From contig JASGHE010000006.1 in assembly GCA_047602475.1 (NCBI GenBank), positions 632,051-696,050 of the forward strand: 64,000 bases of DNA. The letters are read 5' to 3'. The translations under genes were made by a program, and so were the position numbers. Shown here piece after piece: positions 41,058 to 51,094 of the stretch. Below the pieces are notes generated by a model. That model saw only the letters and a program-made list of their open reading frames with translations, had not been told where the DNA came from and ran no database searches. Positions within the stretch are counted from its first letter, which is position 1. Every line of letters begins with the position of its first letter. This DNA comes from Gemmatales bacterium (GTDB taxonomy: Bacteria; Planctomycetota; Planctomycetia; Gemmatales; HRBIN36).

Positions 41058-42451
41058 ATGAACATGATTAACCCAGTTAGAACTCTTGCGTTATTCATTC
41101 TGGCTTCGATCGTTCTGATGGTTACCAGTTCAGCATCGTCGGACGATAAGCCATCGAGCTACATCAATGTGGTAGAAGAGCCATTGCCTAAAGTGATTGA
41201 TCGCATGACAAAAGAGAAGCCGGCCGTCATGGAACGCCAAATGGCGTTGCTCAAGGAGCGGTACATTCTTGAGAATCAGGCTGTTCCTCAAGCCACGATG
41301 TCGAAGGGAAAAGCGGTACAAGGTGGAGTAAGAATAAAACTCGTTGATGGCTCGACCTGGGATTCACTTGCCTCGGCTTCTCCCGTGGAGATCAAGCAAA
41401 AGAAACTCTGGCCGAAGGGCTTTTATCCGCTGCCGCATCCTAACCATGCTGAAGGGGGAATGCTCTTCCCCAAGTTTCACATTGATGAGATCAAAAAGCA
41501 GGAAGCTCGGGACCTGACACGATTCGATCTCGATTTTGATCTTCCTGATCACTTTCTTCCAGAGTTTCCTCCACCGATTTTCCTGACCACTCGCCCCGAC
41601 CTGGGAGATGTGAGCCAGGGAAAGCTCGTCACTATCAATAACTTCTATGAGCTGTTCAATGGAGTGCTGAATCCCAAGCAGATCGAAGGAGTGAGGCTGC
41701 TGGTGACTCCCTTCCCTCAGCAACAGTTCAATCAGACAGCAGATCGGCGTTCTCTTTTGCCCAGCAGGGGTGTGACTTGTTTTGATTGTCATGTGAATGG
41801 CCATACCAATGGGGCTACGCATCTGGTAGGCGACATTCGCCCGCAGCCGTTTCGCCATCGGCTCGATGTTCCTACATTACGGGGCGTTAATATCCAACGG
41901 CTTTTTGGTTCACAACGATGCTGAAAACCGTGGAAGACTTCACCGAGTTCGAGCAACGTGCCGCCTATTTTGATGGCGACCCGGTGATAGCCACGAAGAA
42001 AGGAATCAATGTGCTGGAGCGAGCCAGCCAGGTTCATTTCATGGCTGAGTTTCAGGAGCTGCTGGATTTCCCTCCTGCTCCGAAGCTAACCATCCTGGGA
42101 AAGCTGGATCCGACGAAGGCCTCGGAAGCTGAATTGCGTGGAGAGAAGCTATTTCATGGTAAAGCACAATGCTCCGTCTGCCATCCAGCGCCGTATTACA
42201 CAGATAACCTGATGCATAATCTCAAGACTGAGCGATTCTTTGAGCCCCAGGTAATTAATGGGAGGCAAGCTGCGTCCGATGGTCCCATCAAGACTTTTCC
42301 TCTACGAGGCATCAAGGATTCACCGCCTTACCTGCATGACGGCAGGCTCTTAACCCTTGCTGATACCGTGGAATTTTTCAACCTCGTCCTGGGGATGAAG
42401 CTTACCGAGCAGGAAAAAGCTGACTTAGTCGCATTCTTGTTATGCTTGTGA
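41058..42451 (+). CDS. Diheme cytochrome c (peroxidase/MauG-like), frameshifted near 41918
   Basis: CFDCH and CSVCH heme motifs; PTLRG; PPYLHDGRLLTL. The two ORFs abut at GSQR/LKTVEDF. Confidence 0.85.
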
Positions 42452-42727
42452 TGAAAAGGTAGTTCTACATATGGCCCTTCGGACTATTCTGAAGGGCTTT
42501 TCCATTCCGCGCATTAGATGGAGCCGATTCCCTTCCATTGAGCACCAGGCAACCTTGATTTGTGCAAGCTCTTGCTCAAAGGGGCATGCCGGCAGATGAT
42601 GGTTTGTCTCGTCATGAATAAATGTAGGGCAATCTTTTCCAGATGAGCTGGAACAACATTTGCCAATCTGGACAGACAGGTTTCTAAATGTTTGTTTTCT
42701 TCTGCCGGTTTCCGGAATGAGGAAATC

Positions 42728-43102
42728 ATGTCTGCGTCAATGGCTTGTGATCTATCTCCCTCCCAAGAGTTAGCTCTCACAAAAAGGCCCAAGCTGCCTT
42801 ATACACGGTTGATCTTATTTCTTACGTTCAGCATCACGGATTTCCTACTGACTAAATGGCTGCTGCAAAGAAGCCATGGCGACTTCTATGAAAGCAATCC
42901 TCTTGCCGAGGGCATCCTTCAAAATCTGGGATGGCAGGGCTTAGCGTACTTTAAGTTCTCCTCGGCCCTATGCGTCCTGGCCATTGCCATTTATCTCGGG
43001 GTGTTACGCCCGCTAATAGCACAACGGCTCATCAATTTTGCGTGTCTGGTTCTCGGCTTCGTGGTGACCTACAGCCTGGTGTTAGTGTTCGGCTTTGCGT
43101 AA
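42728..43102 (+). CDS. DUF5658-like membrane protein
   Basis: DFLLT...YESNPLA...FKF pattern. Confidence 0.7.
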   Translation: MSASMACDLSPSQELALTKRPKLPYTRLILFLTFSITDFLLTKWLLQRSHGDFYESNPLAEGILQNLGWQGLAYFKFSSALCVLAIAIYLGVLRPLIAQRLINFACLVLGFVVTYSLVLVFGFA

Positions 43103-43177
43103 GTACTGCGCGATGCGTAACCCTCGTAACTAATGGATGTTAACCAGCAATGATTGCCCAACGCAGGACTCTAATGG

Positions 43178-44200
43178 ATGGAAGAGCCAACAAAAGCAGC
43201 GCGAGCTTCGGGCTTACGTTATTTTTCAGACGCGGAGCCTGGTATTCAGCGAGTATCGTCCGGAAAAAGATTCCGATACCTTCGGAGCAATGGACGTGTA
43301 GTACGCAATCAAGAAGTCTTGAAGCGTATTCAATCGCTGGCGATTCCGCCGGCTTGGACCGATGTGTGGATTTGTGCTTCTCCTAAGGGCCATTTGCAAG
43401 CTACTGGGCGGGACGCTCGTCGTCGAAAACAGTTCAGATATCACCCACGTTGGTGTGCATTTCGCGACGAGTCCAAGTATGAGCGAGTCCCACAGTTTGC
43501 TAAGTGCCTTGCCCAAATGCGGCAAAACATCAAGAAACACCTCCGACTGAAGGGTCTTCCCAAGGAAAAGGTCTTGGCCACGGTCGTTCAGTTGCTTGAA
43601 TCAACCCAGATTCGGGTCGGTAATGAAGAATATGCAGAACAGAATCACTCCTATGGGTTAACTACGTTAAGAGTCAGGCATGTGAAAATCCACGGGGCAC
43701 GCATGAGGTTTCAGTTCAAAGGGAAAAGCGGAGTGAAACACGCCATTCAGTTGAATGATCGCCAACTTGCCCGAATTGTAAAGCAATGTCAGGAGTTGCC
43801 AGGCCAGGAGTTGTTTCAATACCTGGACGAAGAAGGCAGGCGACATGTTATCGGATCGGATGACGTCAATGACTATATCCGTCAGATTTCTGGAGGGGAC
43901 TTCACGGCAAAAGACTATCGCACCTGGGCGGGCACCGTTTACGCAGTCAAGGAGCTTCAGCATTATCAAAAATTTGAATCTGAGCGAGAAGCCAAGGAGA
44001 ATCTCAACCAGGCTATCCAGGCTGTCGCCAAGAGGCTGGGCAATACCAGAGCGGTCTGCAGGAAGTGTTACATCCACACTGCTGTGATCGAGGCCTATGT
44101 GGATGGGCATTTGTTGGATGTGTTTCCATCGAGTACACCAAGAACGAACATCATGGAGAAGAAACTGGTTCGGTTTCTTCAGCGTTATCGTCGGCTATAG
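43178..44200 (+). CDS. Bacterial DNA topoisomerase IB
   Basis: IPPAWTDVW, IRVGN, FKGKSG, AKDYRTW, LGNT..VCRKCYIH (catalytic Tyr). Confidence 0.93.
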   Translation: MEEPTKAARASGLRYFSDAEPGIQRVSSGKRFRYLRSNGRVVRNQEVLKRIQSLAIPPAWTDVWICASPKGHLQATGRDARRRKQFRYHPRWCAFRDESKYERVPQFAKCLAQMRQNIKKHLRLKGLPKEKVLATVVQLLESTQIRVGNEEYAEQNHSYGLTTLRVRHVKIHGARMRFQFKGKSGVKHAIQLNDRQLARIVKQCQELPGQELFQYLDEEGRRHVIGSDDVNDYIRQISGGDFTAKDYRTWAGTVYAVKELQHYQKFESEREAKENLNQAIQAVAKRLGNTRAVCRKCYIHTAVIEAYVDGHLLDVFPSSTPRTNIMEKKLVRFLQRYRRL

Positions 44201-44310
44201 GAGTGCCGCCCAAGCTCCCTCCACCGGCGTGTCTCAATTGGTTCTCTTGGCACTCTCTTTGCAACTCGTTACTAACTGTTACCTGACACCTACTACTGAG
44301 GAATCCGATC

Positions 44311-45015
44311 ATGAAATCGCTATTTGTCTTTACTCTGCTGGGCCTCGACCTTGCAACACCGTTTGCTATTTATGCTCAAGCTCAACAAAATCCCGTAACC
44401 CAAGGGCAGGCAGGGCAAGCCCAGGCACGGATTGATGCCGCGAACCAGGCGATCTTCGGTCGCATCAACCAGAATGCCTTTTACATGGATCCTGCCATCC
44501 AAGCGCAATTGAACGTCAACGCCCAGCAGGCTCAATTACTGAACCGACAGCAAGCACAACTCTGGGATGTCTATATCAAAACGCAATCCCAGTTTAATCC
44601 TGCAGCCAATCTGACTGAAGCACAACGGCTTGCCCTGCTGCAAGCGGGAAATCAATACTACACCAACCTGAATGCGGGTACAGCTAATATTCTTACCCCA
44701 GAACAGAGAACCCGTTTCTGGCAACTGTCGCTTCAGTACCGGGGTTACAACGCCCTGTCCGATCCATACGTGTCACAGCAACTGGTTTTAACGAATGACC
44801 AGCTTGCCAAGATTCAACAATACCAGACTGCTTACGATCAACAACTGATGAAGATTTATCTTCTGCGACAATCTAATCCCAAGGAGTTTGCCTCACAACT
44901 GGGACAACTTCGCAGCAAGATGACCAGTCAAATCAATGGCCTGCTGACCCAAGAACAACAACAAAAGTGGCAAGGTTTCATCGGAAGTACCCATAACTTC
45001 AATTACCTCTACTAG
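44311..45015 (+). CDS. Secreted Gln-rich Spy/CpxP-like helical protein
   Basis: Signal peptide; repeated LTPEQR/LTNDQL/LTQEQQ. Promoter TGGCACTCTCTTTGCA at 44248-44263. Confidence 0.7.
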   Translation: MKSLFVFTLLGLDLATPFAIYAQAQQNPVTQGQAGQAQARIDAANQAIFGRINQNAFYMDPAIQAQLNVNAQQAQLLNRQQAQLWDVYIKTQSQFNPAANLTEAQRLALLQAGNQYYTNLNAGTANILTPEQRTRFWQLSLQYRGYNALSDPYVSQQLVLTNDQLAKIQQYQTAYDQQLMKIYLLRQSNPKEFASQLGQLRSKMTSQINGLLTQEQQQKWQGFIGSTHNFNYLY

Positions 45016-45091
45016 AGGACAATCCATCATGAGTGAAGCCATCTCCATGATGGCTTCTTGCACTGAGTAACTTGTATTTCGAGAAGATGCC

Positions 45092-46664
45092 ATGAGTCTT
45101 GTCGAGTATCAACGTAAACGGAAGTTTGATAAGACCGCTGAGCCTGGCCGGAAAGGTAACTCGTAAGAGCGGGTTTTCTTATGTGGTTCAGAAACATGAT
45201 GCCAGTCATCTTCACTATGACTTCCGATTGGAAATGGATGGTGTCCTAAAGAGCTGGGCTGTTCCTAAGGGGCCGAGCCTTGATCCTGCGATCAAACGAT
45301 TAGCTGTCCAAGTGGAAGATCACCCCGTCGATTATGGTTCCTTTGAAGGAACTATACCACAAGGACAATACGGCGGCGGCACGGTGATGTTATGGGATCG
45401 GGGCACCTGGGAACCATTGGGCGATGCTGAGGAAGGTTTTCGAACTGGAAAATTGAAGTTTAATCTGCATGGAAAGAAGCTTCAGGGCCATTGGATGCTT
45501 TTGCGAACTCATGGTACGAAAGGCAAAAAAGAGGATAACCGCTCGTGGCTCCTCATGAAAGAGCGTGATAGCCAGGCGAAATCCGTGGATGAAGGTGACG
45601 TCCTGGAAGAACTACCCTTGAGCATAAAAACCGGTCGGGACTTGAACGAGATCGCTACCGGAACGAAAGCCAAGAAAACTAGCAAACCACTCCGCCCCAA
45701 GAGAACCGGAGGTCTCGCACCTAAAAAAAAGCATCTCGCTGCGATGGTTAAGGACTACGATGCAGCACAAGAAGAGTATTCAGGCGTCCGTCTCACCAGT
45801 CCGGATAAAGTCCTCTATGCTGAACAGGGAATCACCAAACTGGATCTGGCCGAATATTATCGATCCATGGCGCCTCGGATTCTACCTCACATCAAAGACC
45901 GTCCGTTAGTCCTAGTACGCTGCCCCGAAGGAAGAAGCAAGGAGTGCTTCTTTCAAAAACACCCAGGCATAGGCACGCCGAAGAATCTTCGCCAATTTCC
46001 CATTACCGAAAAGAACAAAAGGGAGAACTATGTACTGGTAGACGACGCCGAAGGGCTAATCTCGCTGGCTCAAATAGGTGCATTGGAGATTCACGCCTGG
46101 GGATCACGAATCGATAAGCTCGAGCAACCTGATCGATTGATCTTTGATCTAGACCCCGATATTACCATTGATTGGAGTGCCGTCGTATCCAGTGCCCGTG
46201 TCATCCGAGACCTTCTTCTCAAACTGGGGCTGGAAAGTTTCGTGAAAACGACCGGTGGCAAAGGCCTTCATTTGGTTGTACCCATTCAACGTGATCTGGA
46301 ATGGGATGAAGCGAAGTCCTTTTGTAAGAAACTGGCTGAGTTTATTGTCTCGTTAGATGCTGATCATTTTACATCCAACATGTCCAAAGCTGCTCGTCAT
46401 AGAAAGATATTCGTCGACTATTTGCGTAATGGGCGAGGAGCCACGGCTATTATCCCTTATTCCCCTCGATCACGGGCTGGAGCCCCGGTTGCTTGCCCAA
46501 TCAACTGGCAGGATCTCAGTCCTCAGGTGACTTCGGAACAATACACGATTACGAATCTACGACTACGTATGTCAAAACTGAAACACGATCCCTGGGCAAA
46601 GTTGTGGACAGTACGGCAATCACTCAAGGCAGCCTCGAAGAAACTCAATGGGATCATGAAGTAA
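45092..46664 (+). CDS. ligD: LigD 3'-phosphoesterase + primase-polymerase (no ligase domain); indel near 45146
   Basis: ATG at 45092 gives MSLVEYQRKRKFDKTAEP; QKHDASHLHYDFRLE; polymerase DLDP, KTTGGKGLH, DYLRN. Confidence 0.9.
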
Positions 46665-46692
46665 AGAGATTTGTGTAATAACTGATCAGGCA

Positions 46693-46708
46693 TGGCACGG
46701 AGCTTGCG
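46693..46708 (+). promoter_or_regulatory. sigma54-type promoter of ku
   Basis: TGGCACGGAGCTTGCG, 60 bp upstream of ku. Confidence 0.75.
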
Positions 46709-46767
46709 TACTACTACATGTTCGGTCTCCTCTAACCGACTTCTAACCAACAAATCCGGGTAATCCA

Positions 46768-47628
46768 ATGCCCTCTTCTCGCAGCCAGTCTGGCTCCTTA
46801 CGTCCCTCCTGGAAAGGATTCCTCAGGTTCAGCCTTGTCACTATTCCCGTGACAGCCTCGAACGCCAAAGCGCCCGGCGAAAAGATTGAATTGAACTGGC
46901 TCCATAAAACGTGTCTCAGTCGTATCCAATATAAGAAAGTATGCCCCATTCATGGCGAAGTAGGAGAGGAGGAAATCATCTCGGGTTACCAACTGGATAA
47001 AGAACATTATGTGCCCATAGAGAAATACGAGATTGCGGAACTACATACCCAGAGAGAAGATTCGATCAACGTCGATGTCATGATCAAAGAAGATGAGCTC
47101 GATCCTCTCTACCTGGGAGAGAATACCTATTATCTGCTTCCGGATGGTAAGGCAGCCGACAAGCCTTACATCGTCTTTCAACGTGCGCTCCACGAAGCAG
47201 GTTGTTTCGGCATCGCCCAAGTAGTGCTTTTCAAAAAGGAGCAGATGGTCTTGATTCGACCCATCGATGAACTTCTGGTCATGTCCACACTTCACTACGA
47301 AAGTGAGTTCCGACTTCCACGAGAAGTACAACATCAACTTCCGAAAGTTAAGCCGACTTCCAAAGAAATGACTTTAGCGAAGAACTTGATTGAATCGTCC
47401 ATCGAGGACAAGTTTGACTATTCAACTTACCACGATCAGTACACCGAGAAGTTGCACCAACTCATTGATGCCAAGAGTAAGGGTAAGAAGCTGAAAGTCC
47501 GACAAGCTGAACCGAAACCTGTCACCATCGATTTTGCCGAAGCTTTGAAAAAAAGCCTGGCTAAAGCAACAGGACGAAAGAGTTTCAATAAGCCAATCTC
47601 CCGAACTCGGCACCGTAAAGTGTCATAA
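46768..47628 (+). CDS. ku: NHEJ Ku protein
   Basis: WKGFLRFSLVTIPV, RIQY, YYLLP, basic C-terminal tail. Confidence 0.93.
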   Translation: MPSSRSQSGSLRPSWKGFLRFSLVTIPVTASNAKAPGEKIELNWLHKTCLSRIQYKKVCPIHGEVGEEEIISGYQLDKEHYVPIEKYEIAELHTQREDSINVDVMIKEDELDPLYLGENTYYLLPDGKAADKPYIVFQRALHEAGCFGIAQVVLFKKEQMVLIRPIDELLVMSTLHYESEFRLPREVQHQLPKVKPTSKEMTLAKNLIESSIEDKFDYSTYHDQYTEKLHQLIDAKSKGKKLKVRQAEPKPVTIDFAEALKKSLAKATGRKSFNKPISRTRHRKVS

Positions 47629-47636
47629 GGCATTCC

Positions 47637-48590
47637 ATGGCTGCCACAGTTCGCAATACACCTTCTCGGGTGAGCTTTATCAAACCGATGTTGGCGACAC
47701 TGGTAGCAGAGCCATTTGATAAAGAAGGATGGCTCTTTGAAATCAAGTGGGATGGATATCGAGCAATTGCAGAAATGCAGAAGCGATTAGTACGTCTCTA
47801 TTCACGAAATCAAAAGTCCTTCGTTGAGGACTATCCGATATTGGTGGAGGCTCTCAAGCATGTTAAAGGGCCGGCGGTACTCGATGGTGAAATAGTAGTT
47901 GTGGATGAAAAAGGACGTCCTAGTTTCCAACTGATGCAGAACTATCGATGCACAGGCCTCGGTGAACTCCGCTATTATGTCTTTGATTTACTCTCGTATC
48001 GCGGAGAGAACTTCAAAAGGAAGCCGCTTTGGATGCGTAAACAACAGTTACGGAAAATGCTCAAAGAGCATAAGCTCCTTTACTACAGCGATCATGTCGA
48101 AACTCAGGGCGTGGAATATTTTAAGGCAGCCTCCGCCATGAATATGGAAGGCATTATCGCTAAGGAGGCCAACAGTTATTACGAAGAAGGCATCCGAAGT
48201 AAGTCGTGGCTGAAGATCAAACTGCAAAAGGTTCAGGAAGCTGTCATAGGAGGGTTCACCAAGCCCACTGGCAATCGACATAGGTTTGGTGCTCTCGTTT
48301 TGGGGTATTATCAAAATGGCAAACTCATCTACGCCGGTCACACAGGCGGCGGTTTTGATGAAGACGAGCTTGAAACGGTGTTCCACAAGCTTAAGCCTTT
48401 AATTCAAAAGGACTGTCCTTTTTCGACTCGACCCAAGACGAACACCCCAGCTACCTGGGTAAGTCCAAAACTCGTTTGCCAGGTTCGTTTTCAAGAGTGG
48501 ACTAGTGATGGTCGTATGCGTCACCCCATCTTCTTGGGATTGCGAATTGACAAGGCACCGACAGACGTGAAACGTGAAGTCCCAGAATAG
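47637..48590 (+). CDS. Stand-alone ATP-dependent NHEJ ligase domain
   Basis: EIKWDGYR adenylation motif, DGE, FDLL, EGIIAK, WLKIK, OB-fold ending RIDK. Confidence 0.92.
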   Translation: MAATVRNTPSRVSFIKPMLATLVAEPFDKEGWLFEIKWDGYRAIAEMQKRLVRLYSRNQKSFVEDYPILVEALKHVKGPAVLDGEIVVVDEKGRPSFQLMQNYRCTGLGELRYYVFDLLSYRGENFKRKPLWMRKQQLRKMLKEHKLLYYSDHVETQGVEYFKAASAMNMEGIIAKEANSYYEEGIRSKSWLKIKLQKVQEAVIGGFTKPTGNRHRFGALVLGYYQNGKLIYAGHTGGGFDEDELETVFHKLKPLIQKDCPFSTRPKTNTPATWVSPKLVCQVRFQEWTSDGRMRHPIFLGLRIDKAPTDVKREVPE

Positions 48591-48961
48591 ATCACGCTCG
48601 TTGGTAATCTAACTGACAAGATGAACCCCCTCCGCTTTCTTTTCAGGTTTGATGCGTGTCCTACTTATTGAAGGTGCAATTGTTATGCGGACTTAGGCAA
48701 GCATAAAATTGATGGAAACAAGCTAAACGAAGCCCAGGTGGTTTCGAGCTTTCTTGTCAAACCGTGAAGGCAAACGGTGGCCCGTCCTCATAGAGATATA
48801 TCGCATCTAACAAAAAGAACATTACTAGAATAGCCGTAGATAACAATGTATCCGAGTACCAGGAACGCTTCATGGATGTCAGCATGTCGTTCATACCGAA
48901 CCCGTAAATCGAGTTTTTACTGGCAGGCGCTAGCAGTACCTTTGCTTAACACAATTGGTAC

Positions 48962-49372
48962 TCAACGCTTTTCCTCTGTAACAGGCGGTAAAACTGGAGA
49001 TGCCGATTCTCTTTTCCGGAATGTGTTGACAAAAAGGCGAACCACATTGGCCAAAACAAACACCAAACAACCTGTCACCAAAGTATCAAGCAGTGCGAGC
49101 AGGTCAAATTGGTTAATAGTTACGACTTTGTAGATGCAGGCGACAGTTGCCAAGAGAAACATGATCCAAAGTTCTTGCGAGCTCGCGCCGCCTCCGCCAA
49201 GTTTGTGAAGCAAGCTTCGTTCAATGGATCGCTTCATGGCCTCCTGCTTGTTGTTAGATCTCACAACGATACCTAAACGCTGCATAGCCAGCCACGACAG
49301 AACAACAGCAAGGAAAATGCCTCCACCAATCAAGATGACTGCGTTCATAGCATCTCCATTATAGTATGTCAC
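48962..49372 (-). CDS. Three-helix membrane protein
   Basis: Hydrophobic segments; GTG start lies inside the C-box copy (alternative ATG at 49348). Confidence 0.6.
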   Translation of the reverse strand: MTYYNGDAMNAVILIGGGIFLAVVLSWLAMQRLGIVVRSNNKQEAMKRSIERSLLHKLGGGGASSQELWIMFLLATVACIYKVVTINQFDLLALLDTLVTGCLVFVLANVVRLFVNTFRKRESASPVLPPVTEEKR

Positions 49373-49400
49373 TTATAGTCGATACTCCTATAGTCTACAT
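49366..49400. promoter_or_regulatory. C-box double operator, copy 1
   Basis: ATGTCACTTATAGTCGATACTCCTATAGTCTACAT; 34/35 identical to 50716-50750. Confidence 0.75.
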
Positions 49401-49757
49401 CGATTTACTGTCAATGCAATGGCTCATCATGATACTGCTGGCAATGAACACGTAAGCTTACTACCTTACCTGGGAAGATCTGGAGGTTAGCCGCGTAATT
49501 ACTTTGCCTATTTAACAACCGTGAAAGCGCCATAGGTAACGGAACTGCTGAACATCAACCGAGCGATCCATAGTAAAATTGGTATTACTGGAAACTGTTC
49601 CAGCAGGTGAATCGAATAGGTTCGTGGCTAAAAAAAGCCGATCTCTGTTGAGGATCGGCTAATGCACAATGCTTGGAGCATTTCGACGACTAGTTTCCCT
49701 GCACGGACAGATTCTGCGCGACAGGTAATTGCAAGCTGCTTCATGAATATCTCAAGT

Positions 49758-50726
49758 CTAAGTTGGAGCTTGCTTTCGTTTCTTCAGGAAGACTGTTGCC
49801 AAGAAACCCACGACAAAGATGACTACAGCAGCCCATCCTCGCCCCGTAGCTCTCGCGGCACTACTCTGCGACTTCCGTAACTCTTCTCGGTAGCGTGGAT
49901 CACTTTGCCACTTGAGTATCTCATTCCCAGAGAAAATGGTCTGCTTCATTTTTGAGTGGCTAGGCACTTCTTTTCCAATGAGTGGCCAATAGTCATGCGC
50001 CATGGACATAGGCTTGTCGAGCACACGATTGTTCATGGAAGTCAGGTAGATGTCTTCGATTTTCCAACTGCCTTGGTCCAGCAGGTGAAATACCCCCTCG
50101 ATCGCAACAGTCCGCTGATTGTCATCCACATCCTCAAAATAGAAGCCGACAAAATGCCCCATGAACTTAGCGGGGGCTGGGGATTGGTCAATGAAACGGA
50201 GGTTCTGCCCCAGGTTATGGACGGGTCCTTGGAACATAGCATTGAAGATCGGATGCAGATTAGGCGTCGAGATGGAACGAAGTTCCACGATATCCTTAGC
50301 CGCAAAGTACCGATAACATGGTTCGACGGGGCTTTGAGAAGCCGGGATGAAGTACCAGATCACTCCTGCCACCAGTGCTATGGCCAGACCAAATAGTACA
50401 TACTTTTTAAGCTCCGGATTCTTCAGGTATTTCTGAAGTTGAGGATAGCCTGACCATAGCGGTCTAGTGTTTGGGGCAACAGGTGTCGGCGACGATGGTT
50501 CAGAGTGCTGTGCTTGTGGTACCAAGGAAGGCGTAAATCGCATGGCCTGCCAGTTAGGCTGCCCGACTTGGCATATCATCGAGTCCCAGTTGATTTCACC
50601 CGTTTTCAATTTCGCATGCAAATCCAAAGCACTGAAAGGGCCTTGAGGAACGTTGTTGACTAACAACCAGTATTGAAGAGAATCTGAAGGTTGCATGGGG
50701 TTACCTGTTGATGGAATGTCACTCAT
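49758..50726 (-). CDS. GYF_2 (DUF4339) domain membrane protein
   Basis: YWL...QGPFS..DL...GEI...WQAM, followed by a TM helix and a C-terminal TM helix. Confidence 0.75.
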   Translation of the reverse strand: MSDIPSTGNPMQPSDSLQYWLLVNNVPQGPFSALDLHAKLKTGEINWDSMICQVGQPNWQAMRFTPSLVPQAQHSEPSSPTPVAPNTRPLWSGYPQLQKYLKNPELKKYVLFGLAIALVAGVIWYFIPASQSPVEPCYRYFAAKDIVELRSISTPNLHPIFNAMFQGPVHNLGQNLRFIDQSPAPAKFMGHFVGFYFEDVDDNQRTVAIEGVFHLLDQGSWKIEDIYLTSMNNRVLDKPMSMAHDYWPLIGKEVPSHSKMKQTIFSGNEILKWQSDPRYREELRKSQSSAARATGRGWAAVVIFVVGFLATVFLKKRKQAPT

Positions 50727-50750
50727 AGTCGATACTCCTATAGTCTACAT
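50716..50750. promoter_or_regulatory. C-box double operator upstream of controller gene
   Basis: ATGTCACTCATAGTCGATACTCCTATAGTCTACAT, ending 18 nt before ATG 50769; same architecture as C.Esp1396I/C.AhdI operators. Confidence 0.8.
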
Positions 50751-50768
50751 TGCAGTAACGTCGATGCA

Positions 50769-51014
50769 ATGGCACGACGTCCTTCTGCAACTGATATTCG
50801 GGTTCGTTTCGGGTTTGTGATCCGGACGTTGCGTGAATCCAGGGAACTCACGCAGGAAGAATTGGCTGATCGGTCGCGGATTCACCGCACCTATCTCAGC
50901 GATATCGAACGGGGCTCACGCAACGTGGCGCTCATCAATATCGAACGGCTGGCCAAGAGCCTTTCGGTCAGTCTGGCAGAACTTTTCAAACAAGTAGATC
51001 GCTCCAGCACATAG
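50769..51014 (+). CDS. XRE-family controller (C protein-like) regulator
   Basis: LTQEELADRSRIHRTYLSDIERGSRNVALINIERLA. Confidence 0.9.
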   Translation: MARRPSATDIRVRFGFVIRTLRESRELTQEELADRSRIHRTYLSDIERGSRNVALINIERLAKSLSVSLAELFKQVDRSST

Positions 51015-51094
51015 CTGATATCTGCCAACACAACAATGCTGCCACGCCGTGAAGTCCTTAGCTGGGCAGCATTTATTCGACGACAACTGTGAAA

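Noticed and set aside
49419-49490. Second controller gene after C-box copy 1
   Set aside because: Only 23 codons and no HTH similarity; at most a decayed remnant.
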